A DNA stretch of 64,000 bases. Origin: an uncultured Planctomycetota bacterium (GTDB taxonomy: Bacteria; Planctomycetota; Phycisphaerae; Tepidisphaerales; Tepidisphaeraceae). Positions within the stretch are counted from its first letter, which is position 1. Each line of letters opens with the position of its first letter. The stretch is from positions 416,001 through 480,000 of the forward strand of contig CAWJEN010000006.1 in NCBI GenBank assembly GCA_963841915.1. Reading direction: 5' to 3'. Positions 10,345 to 20,873 of this stretch are shown one piece after another. The position numbers and the translations under genes are program-made. The notes beneath the pieces were generated by a model. That model had not been told where the DNA came from. It saw nothing but the letters and a program-made list of their open reading frames with translations, and ran no database searches.

Positions 10345-10620
10345 TCAGGCGTTGCCGGCCTTGGCCTTGTTGAGCTTGAGCTGCAGCTTGCTGCGGTAGC
10401 GGCGGGCAACGTTCTTGTGCATCGCAGGCGTCGAAGCGACCTTGTCCACCACGCTGGCGGCCTTGTTCAGAAGCGTTTGCGCCTCGTCGAACTTACCGGC
10501 TTCCAGCGCTTCGTCGAACTCGCGGATTGCGGTCTTGACGCGGTTCTTCCGCCAACGGTTGCGGGCGTTGCGGTCGACGTTCTGACGGACGCGCTTCTTA
10601 GCGGACAGGGAGTGTGCCAT
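10345..10620 (-). CDS. rpsT: 30S ribosomal protein S20
   Basis: MAHSLSAKKRVRQN...HKNVARRYRSKL, 91 aa. Confidence 0.95.
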   Translation of the reverse strand: MAHSLSAKKRVRQNVDRNARNRWRKNRVKTAIREFDEALEAGKFDEAQTLLNKAASVVDKVASTPAMHKNVARRYRSKLQLKLNKAKAGNA

Positions 10621-10738
10621 GGAGGTGGTGCTTCTACGGTGCGGGTGGCTGGTTTGCTAGATCACGCCGACATACGGCCGGCGGGACGGGCAGCGTAGGC
10701 GCGACGGCAGTGCGGGGCCAGAGGGCGTGCCTCTACCG

Positions 10739-12163
10739 CTACTTGTTGCGGAGCGTCTTGATGCGGCCTTGCACGTCGCGGTAGCTGAAGTCCCATTGGG
10801 CAATCTGGCTGTAGGCTTTGAGCGCTTCGTCCGTGTCGCCCTTGGCTTCGCTGGCGCGGCCGTACCAGTAGTAGATGCTCTTGCCACGATCGTCGGCCTC
10901 GCCGCGGTAGCCCTCGATGAGGTTGCGAAGCGTGTCGGCCGCCTCGTCGGGGAAGTCGGCGGACAAGAACGCCCGGCCCAGCAGCACGCGGCTTTCCTCG
11001 CGGTACTTGGCGTCGTTCTGCGTCGTCTGCAGAAGCGGAATCGTCTCCTCGAACCGCTGCAGATCGAACAGCCGCTTGGCCTGCTCGAACTTGTACTTGT
11101 TCTCCGTCGGATACGCCTCAGCCGCCTCCTTGAAGTGGGCCAGCTCCATCTCGGCCTTCTCCTTGCGGAAAGCGACGAACTCCTTTTTAGCTGATTCGTC
11201 CTTGGGGTCGGCGGCCAGCATCTGCTTGAGCATCCGCTCGCCGCGGGCGAACTGGCGGATCTTGATCTCGTTGGCCATGAGCCGCCAACGCGTCCCGCCG
11301 GTACCCGTCGCCTCTGCCGCGTGCTTCTCCAGCACGCCCAGGGCCATGTTCTCCAGCTTCAGATCACCCGAACGCGTCAGCGTCTCGATGTAAGCCGTCA
11401 CCTTGCCGTTGACCGACGGGTCGGCCTCGTATTCGGCCCTGGCCTTATTGATCTGCGACTGCATCGCATCGACGGTGCGGATGTCGCTGTCCTTGCGCAT
11501 GAGCTCTTCCTGAGCCTCCTGGTTACGCATCGATTTGCGGAAGTCGCCTTTCTCGTAGTTGCCTTCCTGCATCGTCGAGCGGGCGGCCAGCTCGCGGAGC
11601 TCGTGCTGTAAACCGCTCTCGTCGGGCCGAAACGCCGCCGCCTGGCTCAGCGCGTCGGCTGCGAGTTTGAACTCCTTAACGTCCTTATAAATGTCTTTAA
11701 GCCGCAGGAAACCGTCCGGATCGGGCTTGTCCTTGTCGAGCAAGGCCCTGTAGAGCATCGGCCCGATCCAGACGACGACGTCCCGCAGGTTCATCTTTGC
11801 CGCCGCCTTGGCGAACAGCTCCATGTGCCCGGTGTTGCCCGGGTCGAACGCGAGCAGCTTGCGGGCGTTGATGAAGTTTTCGCTGAGGTCTTTGCCCTGG
11901 CGTTTGAGCTTCATGCCCGACAGTGAGCCGATCGCCTTGCCGCCGGTCGCTTTGCGGGTGAGGGCGATCTTGCGAAGGGCCGTGTGTGCTTCGAGCTCGT
12001 CGGGTGCGAGCTTGATGCCTTGCAGGTACAGCTCGATCGCGTAATCCCACTGGTTCGCGTCGGCGACTTTGGCCGCACGGTCAAAGAAGCGCTCGGCCTT
12101 CGTCTTGGACTCAGGTGTCGAGGCGTACGGGTTTACTTCAATCTCTTCGGCCTCGTCCGGCAT
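10739..12163 (-). CDS. TPR-repeat protein
   Basis: Helical repeats; C-terminal YYWYGRASE...YSQIAQWDFSYRDV TPR. Confidence 0.8.
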   Translation of the reverse strand: MPDEAEEIEVNPYASTPESKTKAERFFDRAAKVADANQWDYAIELYLQGIKLAPDELEAHTALRKIALTRKATGGKAIGSLSGMKLKRQGKDLSENFINARKLLAFDPGNTGHMELFAKAAAKMNLRDVVVWIGPMLYRALLDKDKPDPDGFLRLKDIYKDVKEFKLAADALSQAAAFRPDESGLQHELRELAARSTMQEGNYEKGDFRKSMRNQEAQEELMRKDSDIRTVDAMQSQINKARAEYEADPSVNGKVTAYIETLTRSGDLKLENMALGVLEKHAAEATGTGGTRWRLMANEIKIRQFARGERMLKQMLAADPKDESAKKEFVAFRKEKAEMELAHFKEAAEAYPTENKYKFEQAKRLFDLQRFEETIPLLQTTQNDAKYREESRVLLGRAFLSADFPDEAADTLRNLIEGYRGEADDRGKSIYYWYGRASEAKGDTDEALKAYSQIAQWDFSYRDVQGRIKTLRNK

Positions 12164-12221
12164 AGCGGCGAGCATACGGCGCAACGGCCGCTTGTGCAGC
12201 TTTGACCGACAACAACGCCGT

Positions 12222-12947
12222 TCAAACGCCCCAGCCGCCGCCCACGTCGAGCTCGGCACCGGTCACAAACGCCGCCTCTGGTGAGCAGAGATACGCCACC
12301 GCCGCGGCCACTTCTTCAGGTCGGGCGAACCGGTTCAAAGGCGTCATCGCCAGCTGCATGTCGGCATTTGGTCCGTCTTCCGGGTTCAGCTCCGTCGCCA
12401 CCGGCCCCGGTTGGACGACGTTGCTCGTGATCTTGCGCGGTGCCAGGTCGCGTGCCCACGACGCACTCATGCCGCGGACGGCGAACTTGCTGGCCGAGTA
12501 AATGGAATTGCCGGCAAAGGTGCTCATGCGTCCACCGACGCTGCCGATCGTGACGATCCTGCCGCCGTCGGGCATCGTGCGGGCGACCTCGCGCGTCAGA
12601 TACCAGACGGCCCGCACGTTGACGTTCATGACGCTGTCGAACTGCTCGTCGGTGGCCTCGGTCAGCGGGGCGACCTCGAACAGGCCGGCGTTGTTGACCA
12701 GAATGTCGATCGGCGTCTCCAGCCGCGACGCCAGCGTCTTGCCGCCGTCTGGTTGAGACAGGTCTGCCTGCACGACGCTGCCATCGATCTCGTCGGCCAG
12801 TGCTTCCGCGCGTTCACGGCTGCCGTTGTAGTGGACGAGCACGTGAGCGCCGTCGGCGGCGAGTCGGGTGGCAATGGCGTGGCCGATCCCACGGCCGGCC
12901 CCGGTGACAAGGGCCGTCTTGCCGGAGAGCGGTTGGTTGTCAGGCAT
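12222..12947 (-). CDS. Short-chain dehydrogenase/reductase (FabG-like)
   Basis: TGAGRGIG, NNAG, YSASK and QPGP motifs. Confidence 0.9.
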   Translation of the reverse strand: MPDNQPLSGKTALVTGAGRGIGHAIATRLAADGAHVLVHYNGSRERAEALADEIDGSVVQADLSQPDGGKTLASRLETPIDILVNNAGLFEVAPLTEATDEQFDSVMNVNVRAVWYLTREVARTMPDGGRIVTIGSVGGRMSTFAGNSIYSASKFAVRGMSASWARDLAPRKITSNVVQPGPVATELNPEDGPNADMQLAMTPLNRFARPEEVAAAVAYLCSPEAAFVTGAELDVGGGWGV

Positions 12948-12972
12948 GGGCGACGGTACGCTGACGGCTTGT

Positions 12973-14361
12973 ATGGCTGACGACTCCACCATTCGCTCGC
13001 TGCGGTCCGCCCTTGAGGTGTCGCCCGACAATGCGACGCTTCGGGCGCACCTGGCGGCGACGCTGCTCAAAGCCGGCGACGTCGAGGCGGCGATTGTCGA
13101 GTACAAGCGGGCGGCGTCAGACCAGCCCGGCGAGCCGGAGCACAAGCTGGGCCTCGCCAAAGCCTTCGAGCAAGCCGGTAAGAGGTCGCAGGCACACGTC
13201 GTCCTCGAAACCATCACGACCGGTGACAACGCGTTGCCTGCGGCGCGCATCATGCTGGCCCGGCTGCTCCTGGCCGACGGCAACATCGACGACGCCGAGC
13301 ACCACTACAAGCTGGCCGTCCGCGAGGATGCGTCGCTGGCTGATAAGAAGCTGGCCGATGCGTTGGGCGTTGAGCCGACGAAACGCAGATCGTCCTACGA
13401 CGATGTCGACGAAGACGACATGCCGTTCGATTTCGACGGCAAGCTGCCGATGCACAACGGGCCGGGTGGTGAGGAAGATCTCGAAGATCGCTTCGCCGCC
13501 GACGTTGAGAAGCCGAGCCTGAAATTCGACGACGTCGGCGGACTCGAAGAGGTCAAAGAGCAGGTGCGGATGAAGATCATCCACCCGATCGCTCACGCCG
13601 ATCTGTTCAAGGCGTACGGCAAATCGCTCGGCGGCGGCATCTTGCTGTACGGCCCGCCCGGATGTGGCAAAACGTTCCTCGCCCGCGCTACCGCCGGTGA
13701 GATCAATCGTCGCTTCCTCTCCATCGGCATCAGCGACGTGCTCGACATGTGGGTCGGCAACAGCGAAAAGAACCTGCACGGCCTGTTCGAGCAGGCCCGC
13801 CGGAGCAAGCCGTGCGTCTTGTTCTTCGACGAAGTCGACGCCCTGGCCGCCAGCCGGCAGGACATGCGGCAGAGTGCGGGGCGTCACCTCATCAACCAGT
13901 TCCTGGCCGAGCTCGACGGGGCCGAGAGTGACAACGACGGCCTACTTGTCCTGGCGGCGACGAACGCGCCGTGGCACGTCGACCCGGCGTTCCGCAGGCC
14001 CGGCCGTTTCGACCGCGTGATCTTCGTCCCACCGCCCGACGCACCGGCACGGGCGGCCATCTTGCAGGCGATGCTCAAGGACAAGCCGACCGAAGGTGTC
14101 GACTACGACAAGGTCGCCAAAGCGACGCCTGATCTGAGCGGTGCCGATTTGAAGGCGGTTGTCGACGCGGCCATCGAGGCCAAGCTGGCCGAGGCCATGA
14201 AGAGCGGACACGTCTCGCCGATCGTGACAAAAGACTTGTTGAAAGCGGCCAAGACGGTAAAGCCCAGCACCCGCGAGTGGTTCGAGACGGCCCGCAACCA
14301 CGTGCTCTACGCCAACAGCGGCGGGGCGTATGACGATGTGGCCAAGCATTTGAAGCTTTAG
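12973..14361 (+). CDS. TPR-fused AAA+ ATPase (single classical AAA module)
   Basis: Walker A GPPGCGKT, Walker B FFDEVD, SRH AATNAPWHVDPAFRRPGRFD; N-terminal TPRs. Confidence 0.9.
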   Translation: MADDSTIRSLRSALEVSPDNATLRAHLAATLLKAGDVEAAIVEYKRAASDQPGEPEHKLGLAKAFEQAGKRSQAHVVLETITTGDNALPAARIMLARLLLADGNIDDAEHHYKLAVREDASLADKKLADALGVEPTKRRSSYDDVDEDDMPFDFDGKLPMHNGPGGEEDLEDRFAADVEKPSLKFDDVGGLEEVKEQVRMKIIHPIAHADLFKAYGKSLGGGILLYGPPGCGKTFLARATAGEINRRFLSIGISDVLDMWVGNSEKNLHGLFEQARRSKPCVLFFDEVDALAASRQDMRQSAGRHLINQFLAELDGAESDNDGLLVLAATNAPWHVDPAFRRPGRFDRVIFVPPPDAPARAAILQAMLKDKPTEGVDYDKVAKATPDLSGADLKAVVDAAIEAKLAEAMKSGHVSPIVTKDLLKAAKTVKPSTREWFETARNHVLYANSGGAYDDVAKHLKL

Positions 14362-14373
14362 ACGAAGACGAAG

Positions 14374-14479
14374 GGTGCCACGGTTTGAGCCAACTTCTGA
14401 GGTGGGCAAACCGTGTCGGGTGTCGTGGCGTCACCGACACGGTTTGCCCGCATCGGAAAGCGGCTCAAACCGTGGCACC
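14374..14479. repeat. Nested inverted repeat (REP doublet/REPIN- or MITE-like)
   Basis: 18-bp IR GGTGCCACGGTTTGAGCC (14374-14391 / 14462-14479) enclosing 16-bp IR GGGCAAACCGTGTCGG (14404-14419 / 14434-14449). Confidence 0.8.
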
Positions 14480-14491
14480 TGTCCGTTTTTC

Positions 14492-14507
14492 TGTTCCGCG
14501 TGGAACC
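14492..14507. promoter_or_regulatory. Degenerate parS-like site
   Basis: TGTTCCGCGTGGAACC, 2 mismatches to TGTTCCACGTGGAACA. Confidence 0.4.
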
Positions 14508-14548
14508 ACCTGCACGCTGCCGACCTTTGCGGTACGCTCGGTCGCCCG

Positions 14549-15886
14549 ATGTCCGACGACGCCGACTTTGATGTTCCGCCGCAGGGCGTGGTCGCCCGCG
14601 GATCAGACGGCGGGGCGTTGTCGCGGGGGATGATCCTGTACCAGCAGCGGCGGTTCGACGACGCCGAGCGGGAGTTTCGACGCGGCCTGTCGCAAGACCC
14701 GCGCAACGTGCAGTTGCACACGCTCCTGGGCTGGGTCCTGCTGGAGTCGAACAAGCCCAAGGCGGCGATGGTCGAGGCGCAGCAGGCGGTCGGGCTCGCC
14801 CCCGATGAACCCGAGTCGCACCGGCTGATGGCCCGCGTGCTGCTCGAGACGGATCCGAAGTCGGCAGAAGCAGCCGCCCGCGAGGCGGTGCGGCTTGCGC
14901 CCGAAGATCCTGACATGTGGTCGACGCTGTCGGCAGTGCTGGGCGGGGCGGAGCGGTGGCCCGAGGCCCTCGAGGCGGCCGACCATGGGCTGTCGCACGA
15001 CCCTGACGACGAAAGCAATCGCAATCTGCGGGCGATGGCGCTGACGCAACTTGGTCGCCGAAAAGAGGCCGATGAGACGCTGCGTGGAGCGCTCGAGAGT
15101 TCGCCCGACAACAGCCACACGCACGCCAACCTCGGCTGGACGCGGCTGCACGCCCGCCAGTACAAGCCGGCCCTGGAGTCGTTCCGCGAGTCGTTGCGGC
15201 TGAACCCGAACAACGACTGGGCCAAGGCTGGCCTCGTCGAAGCGCTGAAGGCACGCAACCCGCTCTACCGGCTGGTGCTGGCTTACTTCCTGTGGATGAG
15301 CCGTCTGGGCGGGCGGGCGCAGTGGTTCCTGATCATCGGCCTGTGGGTCGGCATCCGCCTGTTCCGTTCGGCGGCCGAGTCGAATCCGTGGCTCGAGCCG
15401 TTCGTCTGGCCGGTGCTGGGGCTGTACATCGGCTTTGTCCTGATGACGTGGCTGGCGCAGCCGTTGTTCAACCTGACGTTGTGGTTCAACCGGTACGGAT
15501 GGCACGCGTTGTCGGACAGCCAGCGGAAGGGCGCGCAGCTCATCGGCTGCCTGCTGGCCGCAGCTGTTGTGGCGGGAGGCATCGGGTTCGTTGCCGACAA
15601 TGTTGCAGCGCTCATCGCGGCCGGTGGCTTGTTGGGATTGGTCATCCCGGCAACGGGCATCTATCGCATCGCCGCAGGCACGCCACGACTGGTGATGGTC
15701 GCGTTTGTCGGCTTGATGGCTTCCGTCGCAGCGGTCGGCGTCACGACGGCGGCCATGGACGAGGCCGGTCGAACGGGATTCGAGGCGCTCTTCGGCCTGG
15801 CGCTGGTGGCGTTCGGCGTGATGCTGCTGGTCTCGTTCTGGGTGGTGAACATCGCCGTGGCGAAGTATCCGACCGACCGCGAGTAA
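14549..15886 (+). CDS. TPR protein with multi-pass C-terminal membrane domain
   Basis: About 6 TPRs (e.g. THANLGWTRL) followed by about 6 hydrophobic helices. Confidence 0.8.
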   Translation: MSDDADFDVPPQGVVARGSDGGALSRGMILYQQRRFDDAEREFRRGLSQDPRNVQLHTLLGWVLLESNKPKAAMVEAQQAVGLAPDEPESHRLMARVLLETDPKSAEAAAREAVRLAPEDPDMWSTLSAVLGGAERWPEALEAADHGLSHDPDDESNRNLRAMALTQLGRRKEADETLRGALESSPDNSHTHANLGWTRLHARQYKPALESFRESLRLNPNNDWAKAGLVEALKARNPLYRLVLAYFLWMSRLGGRAQWFLIIGLWVGIRLFRSAAESNPWLEPFVWPVLGLYIGFVLMTWLAQPLFNLTLWFNRYGWHALSDSQRKGAQLIGCLLAAAVVAGGIGFVADNVAALIAAGGLLGLVIPATGIYRIAAGTPRLVMVAFVGLMASVAAVGVTTAAMDEAGRTGFEALFGLALVAFGVMLLVSFWVVNIAVAKYPTDRE

Positions 15887-15935
15887 GGGTTTCATGGGAT
15901 CTTCCCGAATCGCCGCCCGGCCGTAGGCTGCGGCC

Positions 15936-17036
15936 ATGCCTTCTCACGCCGACCGTCCACGCCTGCTCACCGGCGACACGCCCACCGGCCGCCTGCACCT
16001 GGGCCACCTCGTCGGCAGTGTCGAGAACCGCGTCGCCCTCCAAAACGCCGGCGACTACGAGTGCTTCTTCCTCGTCGCCAACAAGCACGCCTTTACCACC
16101 CGCGCCAGCGACCCGGCGAGCATTCGGCAAAGTGTGATCGAGATCGTCACCGACTGGCTCGCCTGCGGGCTCGATCCGGCCAAGTCGTCGTTCGTCCTGC
16201 AGAGCGAGGTGCCGGCGATCGACGAGTTGACGTTCTTCTTCTCGATGCTCCTGCCGTTCAACCGCGTGATGCGGAACCCGACGCTCAAGCAGGAAATCGA
16301 TGACAAAGGCCTCGGCGACACGTATCCCTTCGGCTTCCCGCTCTACGCGGTGGGGCAGACGGCCGACATTCTTGCGTTTCGCCCCGATGTCGTACCGGTG
16401 GGCGAGGATCAACTGCCGCACCTGGAGCTGACGCGTGAAGTCGCCCGCAAGTTCGGCCAGACGTACGACGCGATCGACCCCAATACCGACGACGCCGACT
16501 ACGGCAGCAAGGGCGTTTTTCCGGTGATCAAGCCCAAGCTCGGCCGCGTCAAACGCCTCGTCGGCCTGGGCCCGCCGGCGGAGAACGGCACGCTGCTCAA
16601 GATGTCCAAGAGCCTCAACAACTCCATCTTCCTCGGCGACGACGCCGACACGATCAAGAAGAAGGTCATGGGCATGTACACCGACCCCAAGCGGCTGCGC
16701 AAGACCGACCCGGGTGAGACGGACCCGACGAAGAACCCGCTGTGGGCCTTCCACGAGACGTTCAACGACGATGAAGCCTGGGTCGCCGAGACCCGCGACG
16801 CCTACGCCAACGGCCAGATCGGCGACGTGGACGTGAAGCGGAAACTCATCGAGGTCCTCGACGCGCTCATCAAGCCGATCCGCGACAAGCGGGCCACCGT
16901 CACCGAGGCCGACGCGATGGATGCCTTACGCAGCGGGACGGCCCGTGCGAATGAAGTGACGGAAGCGACGTTGTCGATGGCGAAGGCGGCCATGAAGCAG
17001 GACTTCTTCGGGCGGTCGTTGAAGCTGAACGCATAG
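15936..17036 (+). CDS. trpS: Tryptophan--tRNA ligase
   Basis: TGDTPTGRLHLGH (HIGH), VPVGEDQLPH, KMSKS. Confidence 0.95.
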   Translation: MPSHADRPRLLTGDTPTGRLHLGHLVGSVENRVALQNAGDYECFFLVANKHAFTTRASDPASIRQSVIEIVTDWLACGLDPAKSSFVLQSEVPAIDELTFFFSMLLPFNRVMRNPTLKQEIDDKGLGDTYPFGFPLYAVGQTADILAFRPDVVPVGEDQLPHLELTREVARKFGQTYDAIDPNTDDADYGSKGVFPVIKPKLGRVKRLVGLGPPAENGTLLKMSKSLNNSIFLGDDADTIKKKVMGMYTDPKRLRKTDPGETDPTKNPLWAFHETFNDDEAWVAETRDAYANGQIGDVDVKRKLIEVLDALIKPIRDKRATVTEADAMDALRSGTARANEVTEATLSMAKAAMKQDFFGRSLKLNA

Positions 17037-17071
17037 CTGCTGCTCGGCGCGGCTTTGACCTACCGTCGAAA

Positions 17072-17278
17072 ATGGTCCCGTCGCCGCAGACACCGCTGAA
17101 GCGAACGAAGCACAACCGCATGATCGCCGGTGTGTGCGGCGGGATCGCGCAGTGGCTCGGGTGGGACCCGACGCTGGTGCGGGTGCTGTACGTCGTCGGT
17201 TCGATCCTGTCGTCGGCGTTTCCGGGCATGATCGTCTACGTCATCCTTTGGGTCGTCATGCCGCCTGACGACCGATAA
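17072..17278 (+). CDS. pspC: PspC domain protein
   Basis: RMIAGVCGGIAQWLGWDPTLVR...YVILWVVMP. Confidence 0.9.
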   Translation: MVPSPQTPLKRTKHNRMIAGVCGGIAQWLGWDPTLVRVLYVVGSILSSAFPGMIVYVILWVVMPPDDR

Positions 17279-17314
17279 GGCGGCAGGGCTTCCTGCTTCG
17301 AGTCGCAGGCCGAT

Positions 17315-19018
17315 GTGAGAGACAGCTTGGTCGATGATTTACAACAACGTCCTCGCTGGCGACGCGTCCTGGCGGCGTGGCATGTGTGGGTGCCGGCGGT
17401 GGTCCTTTTGCTGTGCGTCGGGCCGCGACTGTGGTTCCTGTTGCCGTCGCCGCGCGAGCCGTTCGGCGAGGTCTACCAGCCGATGCGGGCGATCGCCTTC
17501 GGTCAGAAGCTCGGCCAGGACTTTCACAAGTACGGCCCGGTCCCGAACTTCATTCTGCTGCCCGGCTTCGGCGTCACCTTTGCCTGGTGGTGGCTGACCG
17601 GGACCTTCAGCTCGCCTTCGAACGACTGGCCCTTCGGGCTGACCGACCCGGTGGGGCAGCTCGGCACGCTCGTCTTCCAGCAACGGACCATCGGCCTGCT
17701 TCTTGCCGCCGGTGCCGTCGCGTGGCTGGCAGGTGGACTGATGCGGATGACCGGCAGCAAGCTCGCTGCAATGGTCACGACGCTGCTCGTCGTCGTCAGC
17801 AACTATCACTTTGCCTGGGACGCGGGCATCGCCTCGCCCGACGGGTTCATGCTGTCGTTCCTGCTGATCGCCCTCGGGGCGGCGGCACGGCTGATCGGCA
17901 ACGGGCCTTCCAGAGCGCTCGGCGTCACGCTCGGCGTCGCTGCCGCGTTGTCGTTCGGCTGCAAGGAAAACAGCGGCCCGATCCTCATCGGCCTGTGCCT
18001 TGTCCTCATCCCGCTGGTCGGTCTGCGGCACGGCTTTGACGTCGGCCTTCGTCGCAGCATCGTCGCCGCGATCGTGGCGGGCATCGGCTGTTACCTGCTG
18101 ACGAGCGTCATCTACGCCCCGGGCATCTGGTGGCAGCGGATGGACCACTGGCTCTTCGAAGGCGGCCTCGACAGCGGCATCTGGGGCACGTGGGACTCGG
18201 AACGGCAACACGTCTGGGCGGTGGTGCGGTCGCTCACGAACAACCTCGGGCCGACGGGCGTGGTGCTCGTGCCTTTTCTGCTGATCGCGGGTGTGCTGCG
18301 TCGGCCGACTGAGACGTCGCTGCTGATCATCCCCGGCCTCATCGGCCTCGTCGTCGCATATCTCATCTCTTACACGCCCGATCGCTTCTTCACCGGGGGC
18401 TGCGTTGCCCTGAGTCTGCCGGTGGCGGTGGGGCTGTCGCATCTGCTGAATGTCACACCGCGGCGGGGGCGACCGGCACTCATCTCACTTCTACTGGCGT
18501 CCATCACCTTCAGCGTCTGGTGGTCGCTCATCACCTACCACCTGGCCAACGTCAACGAACAGGCGACGGTCGAGCACTTTGCCCTGCAAACCGATCCGCA
18601 GGCGACGAAGGGCTACGCGATCATCTACAACAACTACCCGCTGCTGAAGCGGCTGGCGTGGCTCGGCCATGACATTGATCTGCGGTCGATCACCCACCTG
18701 GGCGGCGAGGATCGGCCTGAGCTGCTCTACGGCTCGGCCGGCCGCGTAAGCATGTACGACGAGGCAGTCACCATGCCCGCCCGTGCCGAGCTGTACGCGC
18801 GGGAAGGCGATTTCGACGCATCAATTTGGAAGGGCATCGAGGCGTTGGGCTACGCGCCACCCGAGCGTCTCCGTCGTAAATTGCCGACGTGGCTGCCGTT
18901 CGGGTGGATGCCGCTGATGCGGGAGTTGCGGCACGAAGACCTGCTCCTGTACCGGCGTGTTGAGCTTCAGCCGGATTCTGAAACGGCCGATGTCGCAACA
19001 AGCCGGCCTATCGACTAG
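17315..19018 (+). CDS. GT-C (ArnT/PMT-like) membrane glycosyltransferase
   Basis: More than 10 TM helices, SPDGF and GCKE motifs, soluble C-terminal part. Confidence 0.65.
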   Translation: MRDSLVDDLQQRPRWRRVLAAWHVWVPAVVLLLCVGPRLWFLLPSPREPFGEVYQPMRAIAFGQKLGQDFHKYGPVPNFILLPGFGVTFAWWWLTGTFSSPSNDWPFGLTDPVGQLGTLVFQQRTIGLLLAAGAVAWLAGGLMRMTGSKLAAMVTTLLVVVSNYHFAWDAGIASPDGFMLSFLLIALGAAARLIGNGPSRALGVTLGVAAALSFGCKENSGPILIGLCLVLIPLVGLRHGFDVGLRRSIVAAIVAGIGCYLLTSVIYAPGIWWQRMDHWLFEGGLDSGIWGTWDSERQHVWAVVRSLTNNLGPTGVVLVPFLLIAGVLRRPTETSLLIIPGLIGLVVAYLISYTPDRFFTGGCVALSLPVAVGLSHLLNVTPRRGRPALISLLLASITFSVWWSLITYHLANVNEQATVEHFALQTDPQATKGYAIIYNNYPLLKRLAWLGHDIDLRSITHLGGEDRPELLYGSAGRVSMYDEAVTMPARAELYAREGDFDASIWKGIEALGYAPPERLRRKLPTWLPFGWMPLMRELRHEDLLLYRRVELQPDSETADVATSRPID

Positions 19019-19071
19019 GTTGCCCCACCAGACCTGCCAGGCCTTCGTCGGGCCGAACCTTTCTCACGACC

Positions 19072-20031
<960 letters not shown>

Positions 20032-20106
20032 CAGCCAGCTAGTGCAGGAACAGAGCCGGCCGCGACGCATCAGCGTCGCGGCCGCTTGCGCTGCATCGCG
20101 ACCTGC

Positions 20107-20163
20107 TTTCACACGTGTTGAAACAACTGAAGGGCATCGACCGTACATTCAGCATCGACTGAA
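20107..20163. promoter_or_regulatory. Two inverted repeats, candidate autoregulatory operators of the GbsR-like regulator
   Basis: TTTCA-N7-TGAAA (20107-20123) and TTCAG-N6-CTGAA (20148-20163) just upstream of the SD and ATG. Confidence 0.4.
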
Positions 20164-20175
20164 AGGAACGGAACT

Positions 20176-20862
20176 ATGCCATCGTCCAACAACGCCGTCT
20201 CTTCTTCAACCGACGCCGCTCCTTCGAGCGCCAAGCCCTTGCGGCAGGTCGGTCTCGCATCCACCAGCCGCAACGGCTCAACGGCGGCCGCGGCTAACGG
20301 GCGCGTTTCCCGCAACGTCGAGCAGCAACTGCGCGACATCCAAGACACCTTCATCCGCCGGTGGGGCGAAATGGGCGCGACCTGGGGCATCAACCGCACG
20401 CAGGCGGAGATCCACGCCTTCCTCTTCATCACCGGGCGTCCCCAGTGCACGGATGATGTCATGGAGCGCCTCAACATCTCTCGCGGCAACGCCAGCATGT
20501 CGTTGCGGGCGTTGTGCGACTGGGGCATCATCCGACGTTTCCATCGGAGGGGCGAGCGTCGCGAGTACTTCGAGAGTCTCGGCGACGTGTGGGAGATGTT
20601 TTCGATCATCGCAGCCGAGCGGAAGCGTCGCGAGATGGACCCGGTGCTCGAGACGATCCGCCAATGCCAGGAAATGCTTGGCGAAGAGCATCTTGGAAAG
20701 GCGGCGGCGCGGGACGAGGACGTGAAGCTCACGCGTCAACGTCTGGCAGCCATGGGCGAGTTCATGGCCGTTACGAACAAGATCTTCCAGCAGTTCATCG
20801 CCAACGCCCACAGCGGCCTGAACCGCGTCGCGCGGGTCCTGCTCAAAGCACTACCCGGCTGA
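20176..20862 (+). CDS. GbsR/MarR-family transcriptional regulator
   Basis: FIRRWGEMGATWGINRTQAEIHA...ISRGNASMSLRAL...GERREYF. Confidence 0.9.
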   Translation: MPSSNNAVSSSTDAAPSSAKPLRQVGLASTSRNGSTAAAANGRVSRNVEQQLRDIQDTFIRRWGEMGATWGINRTQAEIHAFLFITGRPQCTDDVMERLNISRGNASMSLRALCDWGIIRRFHRRGERREYFESLGDVWEMFSIIAAERKRREMDPVLETIRQCQEMLGEEHLGKAAARDEDVKLTRQRLAAMGEFMAVTNKIFQQFIANAHSGLNRVARVLLKALPG

Positions 20863-20873
20863 TCGACGCAGAC

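Noticed and set aside
20107..20123. CACGTG-centred sequences at 20107 and 38333 as parS sites
   Set aside because: Flanks do not match GTTCC/GGAAC; only the 6-bp core is shared.
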